Positions 1 through 10,051 of a stretch of DNA of 64,000 nucleotides are shown in pieces (the stretch's first letter is position 1; the number at the start of each line of letters is the position of its first letter). The notes below the pieces were generated by a model. It was not told the origin of the DNA. It worked only from the letters and a program-made list of their open reading frames with translations, and did not search any database. Source of the DNA: an uncultured virus (IMG/VR IMGVR_UViG_3300023175_002299) (lineage: Duplodnaviria; Heunggongvirae; Uroviricota; Caudoviricetes); the IMG/VR virus record IMGVR_UViG_3300023175_002299, positions 1 through 64,000 of that record; one strand, 5' to 3'. A program made the translations under genes and the position numbers.

Positions 1-67
1 CAATGACGCAACCGACCCCAAAAGATACTGGCAAACCACAAGACCCCCCGCTCAACTCTACACATGC

Positions 68-685
68 ATGTTGGGTCAACTAAGACCCCACCGAGAAATG
101 ATTTTCGATCTTTTGCTGTGGAACAAATGTGTAAGTCAATACTTGACCTTTGCTGGAAAGGGTATTTACAGAGATGTCGTTGAACCTATTCGGCAAGACG
201 TAGGAAGAGTTGTTTGGTCTGGTTCAAATCAACAAAAAACTCACAGGTTTCCACCTTGGTACGATCTATGTCTATTCGATCTAGTGGTAGAGACTCACGA
301 TGACGCTACATTTTATACAGAAAAGACTTGGAAACCTTTTCTTGGAATGCGCCTCCCAATGATCTTTGGAAATTGCTTTATGATGCAACCCCTTATAGAA
401 TGGGGATTTCGTTTTCCACTCAATATCGTTGATTATTCCTATGACAACGAACCAAATCCATATCTAAGAGCTCGTGCTTTGGTGATGGAACTAAAAAGAC
501 TCAGGGAAGAAGTTGGTATGGAGAAAATACACAAAGAAACCCTTACTATTAGAAAACAAAATCAAAGACTTTGTTTTAAATTATTAGACACCATCGAACT
601 TCCTTCTGAAGTGCCAGAATTTCCAGCATATCTAGAGCATTTAGAAATATCTAAAAAATTAGGAAAACGTTTCTTATCCTATTGA
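68..685 (+). CDS. Glycosyltransferase-like protein ('TEKTWKP' family), probably 5'-truncated by the window edge
   Basis: Motif DLVVET...FYTEKTWKPFLG...GFRF...DYSYD, shared with four other ORFs in the window. Confidence 0.5.
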   Translation: MLGQLRPHREMIFDLLLWNKCVSQYLTFAGKGIYRDVVEPIRQDVGRVVWSGSNQQKTHRFPPWYDLCLFDLVVETHDDATFYTEKTWKPFLGMRLPMIFGNCFMMQPLIEWGFRFPLNIVDYSYDNEPNPYLRARALVMELKRLREEVGMEKIHKETLTIRKQNQRLCFKLLDTIELPSEVPEFPAYLEHLEISKKLGKRFLSY

Positions 686-710
686 CATTTGACTCTATCT
701 GTAGTAGTAT
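682..710 (+). promoter_or_regulatory. sigma70-type promoter for primase
   Basis: TTGACA(682-687)-17 bp-TAGTAT(705-710). Confidence 0.6.
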
Positions 711-716
711 ACTCCT

Positions 717-1754
717 ATGTTATACGTTGATGTCAAATACTTAAACTATATCTCTCATCGTTTTGAGAAATTCAAGCGCAAGAATGATTATCTCTTTAAT
801 GTGAGGTGTCCTTTTTGTGGGGATTCCAAGCGCAAACTAAATAAGATGCGTGGATACTTCTTTCGTAAAGAAAACAACATGATCTATAAGTGCCACAAGT
901 GTGGATATGGCGCATCCTTTGGTAACGTGTTGAAACAACTTGATCCAGTGTCCTACAAAGAATACTGTCTTGAAAAATATACGGAAGGCGAGAAAAAACA
1001 GTGGCAACCATCTGGATCAAACTGGACACCAAACGGACACAAACTCTTTGATACTGCTGCCGAACCACCAGAGCCAAAGGTTGTAAATCTTATAGATAAT
1101 ATAATGGACAGGGTGAGTACTCTTCCATATGATCATGAGGTTGTCGAGTATGTTGAAAGTAGGTCAATTCCAAAAACTGCATGGGACAGACTTTACTTCA
1201 TTGACAACATAAAAAATATCGTACAACTTAATGACAAATATGCGGCGAGTATCGTCACGGAGGAACCAAGATTAGCAATACCGTTCTTTGACAGACACGG
1301 CAGACTCACTGCTGTGTCTTTGCGTGCCATGCGTGGCGAAACGTTAAGATATATCCTAGTCAAAGTAAGAGAAGAAGCTCCAACTGTATTCGGTTTAGAA
1401 CAAGTTTGTGAGGATAAAATGATCACGGTTGTTGAAGGCCCGTTGGATTCTCTATTTTTAGATAACTGTATTGCTTGTGCTGGTACTTCATTTGGCAAGA
1501 TTGGGGATTTTGGATTTGATCCCGAAAAGATTCGGATTGTGTTTGATAACCAACCGAAAAACAAGGAAGTTTGTAAATTGATCGAAAAATATGTAGATCA
1601 AAATTACAATATTGTAATTTGGCCAGAAAGTATATCTCAAAAAGATATAAATGATATGGCAAGAGATGGTTTGGACGTACAGGAAATAGTGAACAACAAT
1701 ACTCACCGTGGACTGTCTGCCAAATTTAAATTCAATCAATGGAAAAAGTGTTAG
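717..1754 (+). CDS. 61: T4-like DNA primase (gp61)
   Basis: N-terminal Zn finger CPFCGD...CHKC; TOPRIM motifs VVEGPLDSLF, VFDN, KDINDM. Confidence 0.93.
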   Translation: MLYVDVKYLNYISHRFEKFKRKNDYLFNVRCPFCGDSKRKLNKMRGYFFRKENNMIYKCHKCGYGASFGNVLKQLDPVSYKEYCLEKYTEGEKKQWQPSGSNWTPNGHKLFDTAAEPPEPKVVNLIDNIMDRVSTLPYDHEVVEYVESRSIPKTAWDRLYFIDNIKNIVQLNDKYAASIVTEEPRLAIPFFDRHGRLTAVSLRAMRGETLRYILVKVREEAPTVFGLEQVCEDKMITVVEGPLDSLFLDNCIACAGTSFGKIGDFGFDPEKIRIVFDNQPKNKEVCKLIEKYVDQNYNIVIWPESISQKDINDMARDGLDVQEIVNNNTHRGLSAKFKFNQWKKC

Positions 1755-1762
1755 GAGATAAC

Positions 1763-2095
1763 ATGAAAGAGTTTTGGAATAAAGTAAAAGCTTGGTGGAT
1801 GGGTTTCGACTACAACCAAGATGGGAAGGTTGATGGAACGGATGTCAAAAACAAGGTTGATGATGTCGTTGCAGAAGCCAAGGAAACTGTTGCTGAAGTA
1901 AAAGCAGAAGTTGCAAATCGTGTTGATCGAGTCAAGGAAGAACTCGCAGACGTTAAAGATGCCGCAGCTGCTGTTGTAGATCAGGCGGGTGATGTGGTTG
2001 ACGCTGCTAAAGGTAAACCTCGCCGTGGTCGCAAACCAGGCGCCAAGAAAAAGACCGCACCCAAAAAGAAGGCTGCACCCAAGTCTAAAAACTAA
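1763..2095 (+). CDS. Hypothetical protein: EF-hand-like loop, Ala/Val/Asp helical repeat and Lys-rich tail
   Basis: AGGAG SD before ATG 1763; DYNQDGKVDGTD; C-terminal KKKTAPKKKAAPKSK. Confidence 0.6.
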   Translation: MKEFWNKVKAWWMGFDYNQDGKVDGTDVKNKVDDVVAEAKETVAEVKAEVANRVDRVKEELADVKDAAAAVVDQAGDVVDAAKGKPRRGRKPGAKKKTAPKKKAAPKSKN

Positions 2096-2112
2096 GTCAA
2101 GGATAGTATATT

Positions 2113-2799
2113 ATGTCGCATGTGAGTCTAGTCAGTCTCTCTAAACCTTCTGCAATTACTGGATGTGAAACAGCAGGACAATTGGTTTCCTATGTTGCAC
2201 GAGTAAGTAATCCAGAAAATCAAAACAATCAGGAAACTGCTCCTAGATTGTTGAGATACCTTGCAAAAAACAATCACTGGTCTCCATTTGAAATGGTACA
2301 CATTACTATGGAAATCAAAACTACCCGTGATATTGCACGACAAATCTTGAGACATAGAAGTTTTAGTTTTCAAGAATTTAGTCAAAGGTATGCCGTGAGC
2401 GAGAGTTTTATAACTCGTCCAGCAAGATTGCAAGACCCCAAGAACAGGCAGAATAGTATTCCGATTGAAAAGACTCTGACCAAACACGGGGAATCAACCC
2501 CAGAACAACGAATGGCAGAAGCTTGGAATATGAAACAACATGAATTGGTGAACAAGATCAAAGAAGTTTATCAGTGGGCTCTGAATCAGGGTATTGCAAA
2601 GGAACAGGCTAGGGCAGTTTTGCCCGAGGGTCTTACTGAAACAACACTCTATATGGCGGGTTCACTGCGATCTTGGATTCATTACTGTGAACTCCGCCGT
2701 GCAAACGGAACACAGAAAGAACACATGGATGTTGCTGATAAGTGTTGGGATATTATTGGTCTTCATTTTCCAGAAGTGGTTGAGGCACTAAATGAGTAG
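2113..2799 (+). CDS. thyX: Flavin-dependent thymidylate synthase
   Basis: HWSPFE and ThyX motif RHRSFSFQEFSQRY; AKEQARAVLP; TQKEH. Confidence 0.96.
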   Translation: MSHVSLVSLSKPSAITGCETAGQLVSYVARVSNPENQNNQETAPRLLRYLAKNNHWSPFEMVHITMEIKTTRDIARQILRHRSFSFQEFSQRYAVSESFITRPARLQDPKNRQNSIPIEKTLTKHGESTPEQRMAEAWNMKQHELVNKIKEVYQWALNQGIAKEQARAVLPEGLTETTLYMAGSLRSWIHYCELRRANGTQKEHMDVADKCWDIIGLHFPEVVEALNE

Positions 2800-3610
2800 A
2801 AAATTTTTTCGGTACAAAGCTTTTGAAAGAATTTTTAAATCTACTGAGGATAATCAGGATACCATTAGTCGAGTAGAAGATAAAATAAAATATCACAACC
2901 CCCAATCATATAATCGAAAAAGTCCGATTACATTGAACTGGGTTTCTACTGACAGTGAGGAAGAGTACAATAAAAACTTTGAAAAACGAAAAAACGAACT
3001 AGAAAAATATGGGTGGTTGGGAACAACCATTAATTATGATCTGAATAGTTACGGATTTCGTGATGAAGAGTTTTATGAATCTCCAAACAGTATTGTAGCA
3101 ACTGGAGAGTGTTTTACGTTTGGCACTGGTTTACACGAAACTCAAATATGGCCTTCCATGTTGGAGTGGGAAACTAAAACAAAAGTGTGGAATTTGGGAC
3201 TGCCAACTGCACCAATGGATGTCACTTTTAGAGCTCTATATTCTTGGCTCCCGATTATAAAACCCAAAATGGTTTTACTTTTGGAGAACAGCCAATTAGG
3301 AAGGGAAGTGTTCACCAATGAAAATGCTGAACCCATTGGATTTTGGTCACCAGAATCTTGGAAACAAGATTTAGCTGCCGATAAAGTAGAGAGATATATA
3401 TCAAGACAGAAGAACCTAATGGCAATCAGTGAACTGTGTCACCAACACAACATAGAATTGAGAACCATATCTGCTGTTGAAAGGCATCATATTGGTATGA
3501 ATGCTTGGAAAAACAACGAGAATGAAAAATTTGCGGCATCAAGAGATTTGATGCATCCAGGCTTGCACTTTCAGCAAGACCTAACAACGAGATGGTTAAG
3601 GGAAATTTAA
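2792..3610 (+). CDS. SGNH/GDSL-like hypothetical protein
   Basis: NSYGFR...GECFTFGTG...NLG...RDLMHPG; paralog of 56934..57764. Confidence 0.5.
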   Translation: MSRKFFRYKAFERIFKSTEDNQDTISRVEDKIKYHNPQSYNRKSPITLNWVSTDSEEEYNKNFEKRKNELEKYGWLGTTINYDLNSYGFRDEEFYESPNSIVATGECFTFGTGLHETQIWPSMLEWETKTKVWNLGLPTAPMDVTFRALYSWLPIIKPKMVLLLENSQLGREVFTNENAEPIGFWSPESWKQDLAADKVERYISRQKNLMAISELCHQHNIELRTISAVERHHIGMNAWKNNENEKFAASRDLMHPGLHFQQDLTTRWLREI

Positions 3611-5410
3611 ATGGCAAAACAAGACTGCATGGGTATTCAGATAGATTTATCTCGGGATGAACTTTTTGACAAACTTGGAATACAAAGACTCAAAGAAAGT
3701 TACATGCGAGATGACGAAGTATCTCCCCAAGAGAGATTTGCTTTTGTCAGTAAGACGTTTGGTTCTAATCTAGAACATGCACAAAGACTGTATGAGTATT
3801 CTAGTAAACACTGGCTGTCATACTCTACCCCCATTCTGTCTTTCGGTAGATCGAAGAAGGGTATGCCTATCTCTTGTTTTCTCAATTATATTAATGATAC
3901 AGCAGAAGGACTGGTGGAGAATTTAAGTGAGACTAATTGGTTGTCTATGCTCGGTGGTGGGGTTGGTATTGGATTCGGTATCCGTGCTAGTGATGACAAG
4001 TCTGTTGGTGTCATGCCTCATCTTAAAACCTATGACGCCTCTTGTTTGGCTTACAGGCAAGGTCGTACCCGCCGTGGTTCTTATGCTACATATCTCGACA
4101 TCTCTCATCCCGATGTAGTTGTATTTTTGGAGATGCGTAAACCCACTGGTGATCAGAACTGGCGGTGCCTAAATCTGCATCACGGTATTAATATCAGTGA
4201 CCGATTTATGGAACTGATTGAACGTTGCATGACAGACCCAGAGGCGGATGACGGGTGGAACTTGATTGACCCGCACTCGGGTGAAGTGCGTGACACGGTT
4301 TCAGCGAAGGCACTGTGGCAAAAGATTCTTGAACTACGCATGGAGACAGGTGAACCATATCTACACTTTGTTGATACCAGTAATAGGAATTTGCCAGAGT
4401 TTCAAAAGGCATTGGGTCTAAAGATTCACCAGTCTAATCTCTGTTCAGAAATTATTCTTCCCACCAATAAAGAAAGAACTGCGGTTTGTTGTCTATCTTC
4501 AGTCAATCTGGAGTACTATGATGCATGGTCTAAGGATAACAATTTTCTAAAAGATATTGCAGAGATGTTGGACAATGTGTTACAATACTTTATTGATAAT
4601 GCACCCAAAGAAGTTGGTAGAGCAAAATTTTCTGCAATGCGTGAAAGAAGTATTGGTGTTGGGGCGTTGGGATTCCATGCATATTTGCAGAAAAAGAATA
4701 TCCCTTGGGAAAGTCCCACTGCAAAGGGGACAAACCTAAGAATATTCAGACTGATTAGGAGTAAGTTAGATGACGCAAATTTGGAACTCGGTAAAGACCG
4801 AGGTGAAGCGCCTGATGCAACAGGCACAGGACGAAGATTTAGCCACGTTATGGCTATCGCTCCCAATGCTAGTAGTAGTATTATCATGGGTAACACTTCA
4901 CCGTCTATTGAACCTTATAGGGCTAACGCCTACCGTCAGGACACACTTAGCGGTGCGTATCTCAACAAAAATAAGCATTTGGACAATCTCATTAAAAATA
5001 AAATTGAAGAAAATCCAAAAATCGATTATGACGAAACTTGGTCGTCAATAATTGCAAACGATGGGTCTGTACAACATCTAAACTTTCTAAGTGATTGGGA
5101 GAAAGATGTTTACAAAACATCGATGGAGATTGACCAGAGATGGGTAATCGAACATGCGGCAGATAGACAGTCATTTATTGACCAAGCACAGTCACTTAAT
5201 TTATTTTTCCGTCCAGATGTAAACATCAAGTATCTACATGCTGTACATTTCTTGGCATGGAAACACGGTTTGAAAACACTTTACTACTGCCGATCAGAAA
5301 AACTAGGTAAGGCAGACAGAGTATCAAAGAGGATTGAACGAGAAGTAATCAAGGAGATTGATATGCAATCTCTGATTGATGAAAACTCATGTTTAGCATG
5401 TGAGGGTTGA
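3611..5410 (+). CDS. nrdA: Ribonucleotide reductase class Ia alpha subunit (short, no ATP cone evident)
   Basis: PISCFL, SNLCSEI, IAPNASSS, KTLYYCRS, C-terminal CLACEG. Confidence 0.96.
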   Translation: MAKQDCMGIQIDLSRDELFDKLGIQRLKESYMRDDEVSPQERFAFVSKTFGSNLEHAQRLYEYSSKHWLSYSTPILSFGRSKKGMPISCFLNYINDTAEGLVENLSETNWLSMLGGGVGIGFGIRASDDKSVGVMPHLKTYDASCLAYRQGRTRRGSYATYLDISHPDVVVFLEMRKPTGDQNWRCLNLHHGINISDRFMELIERCMTDPEADDGWNLIDPHSGEVRDTVSAKALWQKILELRMETGEPYLHFVDTSNRNLPEFQKALGLKIHQSNLCSEIILPTNKERTAVCCLSSVNLEYYDAWSKDNNFLKDIAEMLDNVLQYFIDNAPKEVGRAKFSAMRERSIGVGALGFHAYLQKKNIPWESPTAKGTNLRIFRLIRSKLDDANLELGKDRGEAPDATGTGRRFSHVMAIAPNASSSIIMGNTSPSIEPYRANAYRQDTLSGAYLNKNKHLDNLIKNKIEENPKIDYDETWSSIIANDGSVQHLNFLSDWEKDVYKTSMEIDQRWVIEHAADRQSFIDQAQSLNLFFRPDVNIKYLHAVHFLAWKHGLKTLYYCRSEKLGKADRVSKRIEREVIKEIDMQSLIDENSCLACEG

Positions 5411-6051
5411 TGATGTCATCACTGAAAGGCGTGTTTGGTATAAGTAATCTTATCCCAAGAGACAAAAGAATTGCTGTACTTGTTTCTGGGGGGTGGGATA
5501 GTGCTTGTCTATGGACTATCGCAAAAGCTACATGTAATACACGGGGACAGGAGTGCATTCCTTTTACCGTACCAAAGTTAGATGGCGCAGTTTATTATGC
5601 CAACAAGGTACTTGATGCAACTTGTAAATTCCTAAATACTCCTGTTATGGAAACTACCATAGTTGGTAGTATCGATAGTGAAAACCCTTCTGATTATGTG
5701 ACAAGTGGAGCTTATGAAATAATAGAGGGCGGCCACGCCGATTTTATTTTAAACGCTAAAAACGCATATCCTCCGAATCAAAGAGATATGTTGCCAGACG
5801 GATACCCATTACCAAACGATAGATTTGAACCAACAGAAGAAGAGAAAAAATATGTAGCACATCCTTTTGCAACGTGGACAAAGGATAGAACTATTAAGTT
5901 GGGATTTGATTTAGGAATTGCTGATATTATAATGCCCATAACACATAGTTGTACGGAACGTGACAGAGGTAGATGTAATAGTTGTTGGTGGTGTAAAGAG
6001 AGGGAATGGGGTTTTAAAGAAATAGGAGAGGTAGATACCGGCAATGAGTAA
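5407..6051 (+). CDS. QueC-like PP-loop ATPase
   Basis: VLVSGGWDSA PP-loop; C-terminal THSC-x7-C-x2-C-x2-C-x-ER Zn motif. Confidence 0.65.
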   Translation: MMMSSLKGVFGISNLIPRDKRIAVLVSGGWDSACLWTIAKATCNTRGQECIPFTVPKLDGAVYYANKVLDATCKFLNTPVMETTIVGSIDSENPSDYVTSGAYEIIEGGHADFILNAKNAYPPNQRDMLPDGYPLPNDRFEPTEEEKKYVAHPFATWTKDRTIKLGFDLGIADIIMPITHSCTERDRGRCNSCWWCKEREWGFKEIGEVDTGNE

Positions 6052-6250
6052 AGTAAGAATTTTATCAAGAGACGACTGTAAATTTTGTTCTGATGCTAAA
6101 GGATTTTTAATGGGGATGGAAGTGGATTTTGTCGAAGAGCATCAACCCGAGGGCCGTGTGCCGCAAATATATATCGATGACTATCATGTTGGTGGTTACG
6201 AAGAATTAATTAAATTTTCTATGTCCCCAGAGTGGGACAGATACTTCTAA
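6044..6250 (+). CDS. Glutaredoxin
   Basis: CKFC, VPQIYI, VGGYEEL; lies between nrdA and nrdB. Confidence 0.88.
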   Translation: MSKVRILSRDDCKFCSDAKGFLMGMEVDFVEEHQPEGRVPQIYIDDYHVGGYEELIKFSMSPEWDRYF

Positions 6251-6259
6251 GGAGAGAGT

Positions 6260-7240
6260 GTGAAAACCGATTTAACACAAGAAAGAACTTACTTCAAACC
6301 ATTCAACTATCCTTGGGCATACGAGGCGTGGTTGAAACATGAACAGTCTCATTGGTTGCACACTGAAGTTCCCATGGCAGAAGATGTAAAAGACTGGAAA
6401 AACAAATTATCAAAAGAAGAACAGGCGTTTCTTACTAACATCTTTCGTTTCTTTACGCAGGGTGACATTGATGTTGCCGGTGGTTATGTAACAAACTATC
6501 TGCCATATTTTCCACAACCAGAAGTACGCATGATGCTCGCAGGATTTGCTGCAAGAGAGGCATTACATGTTGCGGCTTATTCTCACCTCATTGAAACACT
6601 CGGAATGCCAGAGTCAACATACAATGAATTCCTTGAGTATGAAGCAATGCGTGATAAGCATGATTACTTTACAGACCTATCAAATCAGAATGGCACCAAG
6701 GAATCAGTAGCAACAAACATTGCCGCATTCTCTGCGTTTACTGAGGGTATGCAGTTGTTCTCCTCTTTCATTATGTTGTTGAACTTTCCACGACACGGTA
6801 AGATGAAGGGCATGGGCCAGATTGTTACTTGGTCTATTGTAGACGAAACAATGCACGCCGAGTCTATGATCAAACTGTTCCGCACATATGTAGAAGAGAA
6901 TCTTGAACTGTGGAACGACAAATTGAAGTCATCTATTTACACCATTGCAGAAAAGATGGTTGCACTGGAAGACAAGTTTATTGATCTCGCATTTGCCATG
7001 GGCCCAATGGAGGGACTATCAAACGAAGATGTTAAAAAATATATTCGTTACATTGCAGACCGCAGATTGATCTCTCTTGGTATGAAGGGTATCTTCAAGG
7101 TGAAGAAGAATCCTCTGCTTTGGGTCGAGGAAATGATTAATGCTCCTACTCACACAAACTTCTTTGAGAACAGAGCAACAGACTATGCCCGTGGTGCATT
7201 GTCTGGTGACTGGGGAGATGTATGGGGGTCAGCAGCATGA
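6260..7240 (+). CDS. nrdB: Ribonucleotide reductase class Ia beta subunit
   Basis: FFTQGD, EALH..AY, EGMQLFSSF, DETMH, NFFE di-iron/tyrosyl motifs. Confidence 0.96.
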   Translation: MKTDLTQERTYFKPFNYPWAYEAWLKHEQSHWLHTEVPMAEDVKDWKNKLSKEEQAFLTNIFRFFTQGDIDVAGGYVTNYLPYFPQPEVRMMLAGFAAREALHVAAYSHLIETLGMPESTYNEFLEYEAMRDKHDYFTDLSNQNGTKESVATNIAAFSAFTEGMQLFSSFIMLLNFPRHGKMKGMGQIVTWSIVDETMHAESMIKLFRTYVEENLELWNDKLKSSIYTIAEKMVALEDKFIDLAFAMGPMEGLSNEDVKKYIRYIADRRLISLGMKGIFKVKKNPLLWVEEMINAPTHTNFFENRATDYARGALSGDWGDVWGSAA

Positions 7241-7419
7241 GACCGATATACATTGAGTGCGACAGATGCGAAGCAACATACCATGTAAAACATGATATGT
7301 CAGAAGATCACTACCAAGTAACTTATTGTACTTTTTGTGGCGATGGATTGGACGACTATTATGATCCCAATCAACGTGAACTTGAATTTGAAGATGAAGA
7401 GGATTATATAGACTGGTGA
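7237..7419 (+). CDS. Small zinc-ribbon protein with acidic tail
   Basis: CDRC...CTFCG; ATGA overlap with the nrdB stop. Confidence 0.6.
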   Translation: MRPIYIECDRCEATYHVKHDMSEDHYQVTYCTFCGDGLDDYYDPNQRELEFEDEEDYIDW

Positions 7420-7832
7420 TGAATAAATTTGATTATGCACACATGGAAGCAGCAGAAGTATACGCTAAACTGTCTTCCGCTGAAAGACTGCAAGTTGGGT
7501 GTATCATTGTAAAAGACAATCGCATTATTAGTATCGGATACAATGGTATGCCCAGCGGGTGGGACAACATATGTGAAATTGATAACGTAACCAAACCAGA
7601 AGTACTTCATGCAGAAACAAATGCAATCGCAAAGGTTGCTAGATCAAATGAAAGTTGTGTTGGTGCTTCTTTATATACTACGCACGAACCATGCATTGAC
7701 TGCGCCAAGTTGATCTATCAGTCTGGTGTATCAAATGTATTTTGGAGACATCCTTATCCGAAAGGTTCTGCTGGTCTAGATTTTTTGAGAAAGTGTAATA
7801 TAGAATGTTCTTGTATAGAATCAAAAACTTAG
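7416..7832 (+). CDS. cd: dCMP deaminase
   Basis: GYNG, HAETNAI, PCIDC. Confidence 0.93.
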   Translation: MMNKFDYAHMEAAEVYAKLSSAERLQVGCIIVKDNRIISIGYNGMPSGWDNICEIDNVTKPEVLHAETNAIAKVARSNESCVGASLYTTHEPCIDCAKLIYQSGVSNVFWRHPYPKGSAGLDFLRKCNIECSCIESKT

Positions 7833-8317
7833 TAACCGAAGAAGAATTAGAAACTTATCGAAATATAGCATTATCCTCTGAGTGGTACGATCACGAGATA
7901 GACGAAAACGGTGTTGTACGCAAAGGTGGAAAAGAAGGAAAAAATTATAATCTCTTGGTTTTACCTAGACACCATAGAACTTCTGTACAGATTGCTTCTA
8001 GGTATGGATTCAAACCGTCTCATGTTGCCATGATAAAGTCTCCCCCAAACAGTAAAACAGATTTGCATGTCGATAATAAGTTAAGACATGTGAACTTTAC
8101 TTTTCCTCTTTTTTTGGATGCCAGAGATATTTGGCATCAGGTAGATGAAGAAACATATGAACACATAACATACCATTATCCTTGTTTAATAAATGCTTCT
8201 GTGCCGCACAAGGCATCATATCATGGGGATAAAGATTCTTACGTTTTACAAATATCTACAACGATGTCATGGTCTGACACGATACATCATTTAAACAAGA
8301 GACAATTGATCCTATGA
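7805..8317 (+). CDS. Putative 2OG-Fe(II) oxygenase/cupin-fold protein
   Basis: LHVD...INASVPH HxD...H triad. Confidence 0.5.
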   Translation: MFLYRIKNLVTEEELETYRNIALSSEWYDHEIDENGVVRKGGKEGKNYNLLVLPRHHRTSVQIASRYGFKPSHVAMIKSPPNSKTDLHVDNKLRHVNFTFPLFLDARDIWHQVDEETYEHITYHYPCLINASVPHKASYHGDKDSYVLQISTTMSWSDTIHHLNKRQLIL

Positions 8318-8913
8318 ATGATATCCGTGGTTTTATGTTACCGGCTGATTCTGCCGCTATATATAATATATGTTCTAAATTTAAAGACAGTGAATATGTT
8401 TTTGTCTACGAGATTGGGACATTGTACGGAAAGAGTGCAGTAACCTTTGATGATGCACTGAAGGGAGTGGAACATCACATCGTAACAGTAGATGTGTGTG
8501 AAGGTTGGCAAGGCCCAACGGAAGAGATGATTGAAGAACTGGGTCTAGATGATAATTTTAAAGAAGAGGTTATTAGAAACAGAAGCACTCCACAAGAACA
8601 GTTTGAAGAAATACACAAGAATATTCTGAATAGGGATATTACATTTATGGTACATAGGTGGAGTAAATGGGACACCCCGCCGGATAGATCACCCAACATA
8701 GTTTTCTATGATGGTTCTCATTCGTATGAAGAAACAAAAGATGTTCTTGATTATTGGTCTAAGTGTATGCGATCTGGTGGTGTAATTGCTATCGATGATT
8801 ACAACTGTGGTCAGTGGCATGATTTAAAAAGGGCGGTTGATGAGTTTTGTGAACAAAATAATTACGAAATAACATCTTACCAAGATTCAAAAATAGTTTC
8901 TATAACACTTTAA
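8314..8913 (+). CDS. Class I SAM-dependent methyltransferase (Methyltransf_24-like)
   Basis: EIGTLYGKS, FYDGSHSYE, GGVIAIDDY. Confidence 0.8.
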   Translation: MNDIRGFMLPADSAAIYNICSKFKDSEYVFVYEIGTLYGKSAVTFDDALKGVEHHIVTVDVCEGWQGPTEEMIEELGLDDNFKEEVIRNRSTPQEQFEEIHKNILNRDITFMVHRWSKWDTPPDRSPNIVFYDGSHSYEETKDVLDYWSKCMRSGGVIAIDDYNCGQWHDLKRAVDEFCEQNNYEITSYQDSKIVSITL

Positions 8914-8923
8914 GGGAAAGACA

Positions 8924-9589
8924 ATGATTATAGATTTTTTTGATAATGAATTGGAGTGGAATGAAAATGCATTTCGTCCAACAACTACTAGCAAAGAGTT
9001 TGCTAAGTTTGTTCCAGTTGAAGGAAAGGATGTCTTGGATGTTGGATGTGGGATTGGTGCTATCGGTATCGAGTTTTCCAAACGTGGTGCTAACTCTGTT
9101 GTGGGCATTGACATCAGCGAAGAACATATTAGGTTGTCAGAAGAAAACATTGCAAGGAATGATGTCGAGAATATGACAGTAATCAAGAGTGATATGTTTG
9201 AAGAGGTGCCGTTGGACTCTTCATACGATGTTATTGCTAGTGATGTTAGTGGCATAGACCAACCAATTGTTGACGTAACCAATTGGTTTCCAGATGGTGT
9301 TCCCAGTCATTCCAGTCAGTATATTGTTGAAGCAATAAGACGATCTAAGTATTTTTTGAAACCTGGCGGAGAATTTTATTTCACATACTGTACTTTCAGT
9401 GACCAAGATACAATAGAAAGAGTTTGTGATGCGATGTATCCTAATTCTTGGGAAGTGGTATACGAGAAGTTAGTACCATTCTCTCCAGAACTTAACGACA
9501 ATCTAGAGTTGGCAAAACAGTATGAACCACTTTCCAAAAAGGGTAGCCGACATCTTTGGTATTTGTGGATAGTAAAATGTCAAAACTAA
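8924..9589 (+). CDS. Class I SAM-dependent methyltransferase
   Basis: VLDVGCGIG, VVGIDIS, LKPGG. Confidence 0.85.
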   Translation: MIIDFFDNELEWNENAFRPTTTSKEFAKFVPVEGKDVLDVGCGIGAIGIEFSKRGANSVVGIDISEEHIRLSEENIARNDVENMTVIKSDMFEEVPLDSSYDVIASDVSGIDQPIVDVTNWFPDGVPSHSSQYIVEAIRRSKYFLKPGGEFYFTYCTFSDQDTIERVCDAMYPNSWEVVYEKLVPFSPELNDNLELAKQYEPLSKKGSRHLWYLWIVKCQN

Positions 9590-9703
9590 AAAACTATACA
9601 AAGAAACCTAAGATCAAAGAAGTGCCAAGAGAAGAGGCCTTTGAAAGATTATGGGGTGATGGCAAGACCATAAATAGTAACTCAACAGTGCAAGAGTTAC
9701 CAG

Positions 9704-10051
9704 ATGGTTATGACTACGAAGAAGAGAAAGAGAAAGCCTTCCTTAAAGAAGACACATAGAGTTTACTGCACATACTTTCCCGATGGCAGATATTATATCG
9801 GGTACTCATGCAAACCACAAAACTTGTATGAAAAATATTATGGCAGTTCTACAATAGTAAAAGAGTATGAAGGTGAGTTGACGAAAGAGACTATCGCCGA
9901 GTTTGATCAGAAGTCCCACGCAAAGATGCAGGAATTCCTGTTACAGTGGCAACAACGTGAAGACGATAAATGTCTAAACGACATGTTGAACATTAGATTG
10001 AGGCGAAGTCACTTAACATCATTTACACCAGTGGAGTGGAAACCAAAGTGA
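9704..10051 (+). CDS. Small GIY-YIG-like protein
   Basis: VYCTY...YYIGYS...YYGSS...E...N; CATAAATA late-promoter-like site at 9669-9676. Confidence 0.5.
   Translation: MVMTTKKRKRKPSLKKTHRVYCTYFPDGRYYIGYSCKPQNLYEKYYGSSTIVKEYEGELTKETIAEFDQKSHAKMQEFLLQWQQREDDKCLNDMLNIRLRRSHLTSFTPVEWKPK

Noticed and set aside
3611..7240. Introns or inteins in nrdA/nrdB
   Set aside because: Both frames are continuous and of compact length, with no splicing motifs
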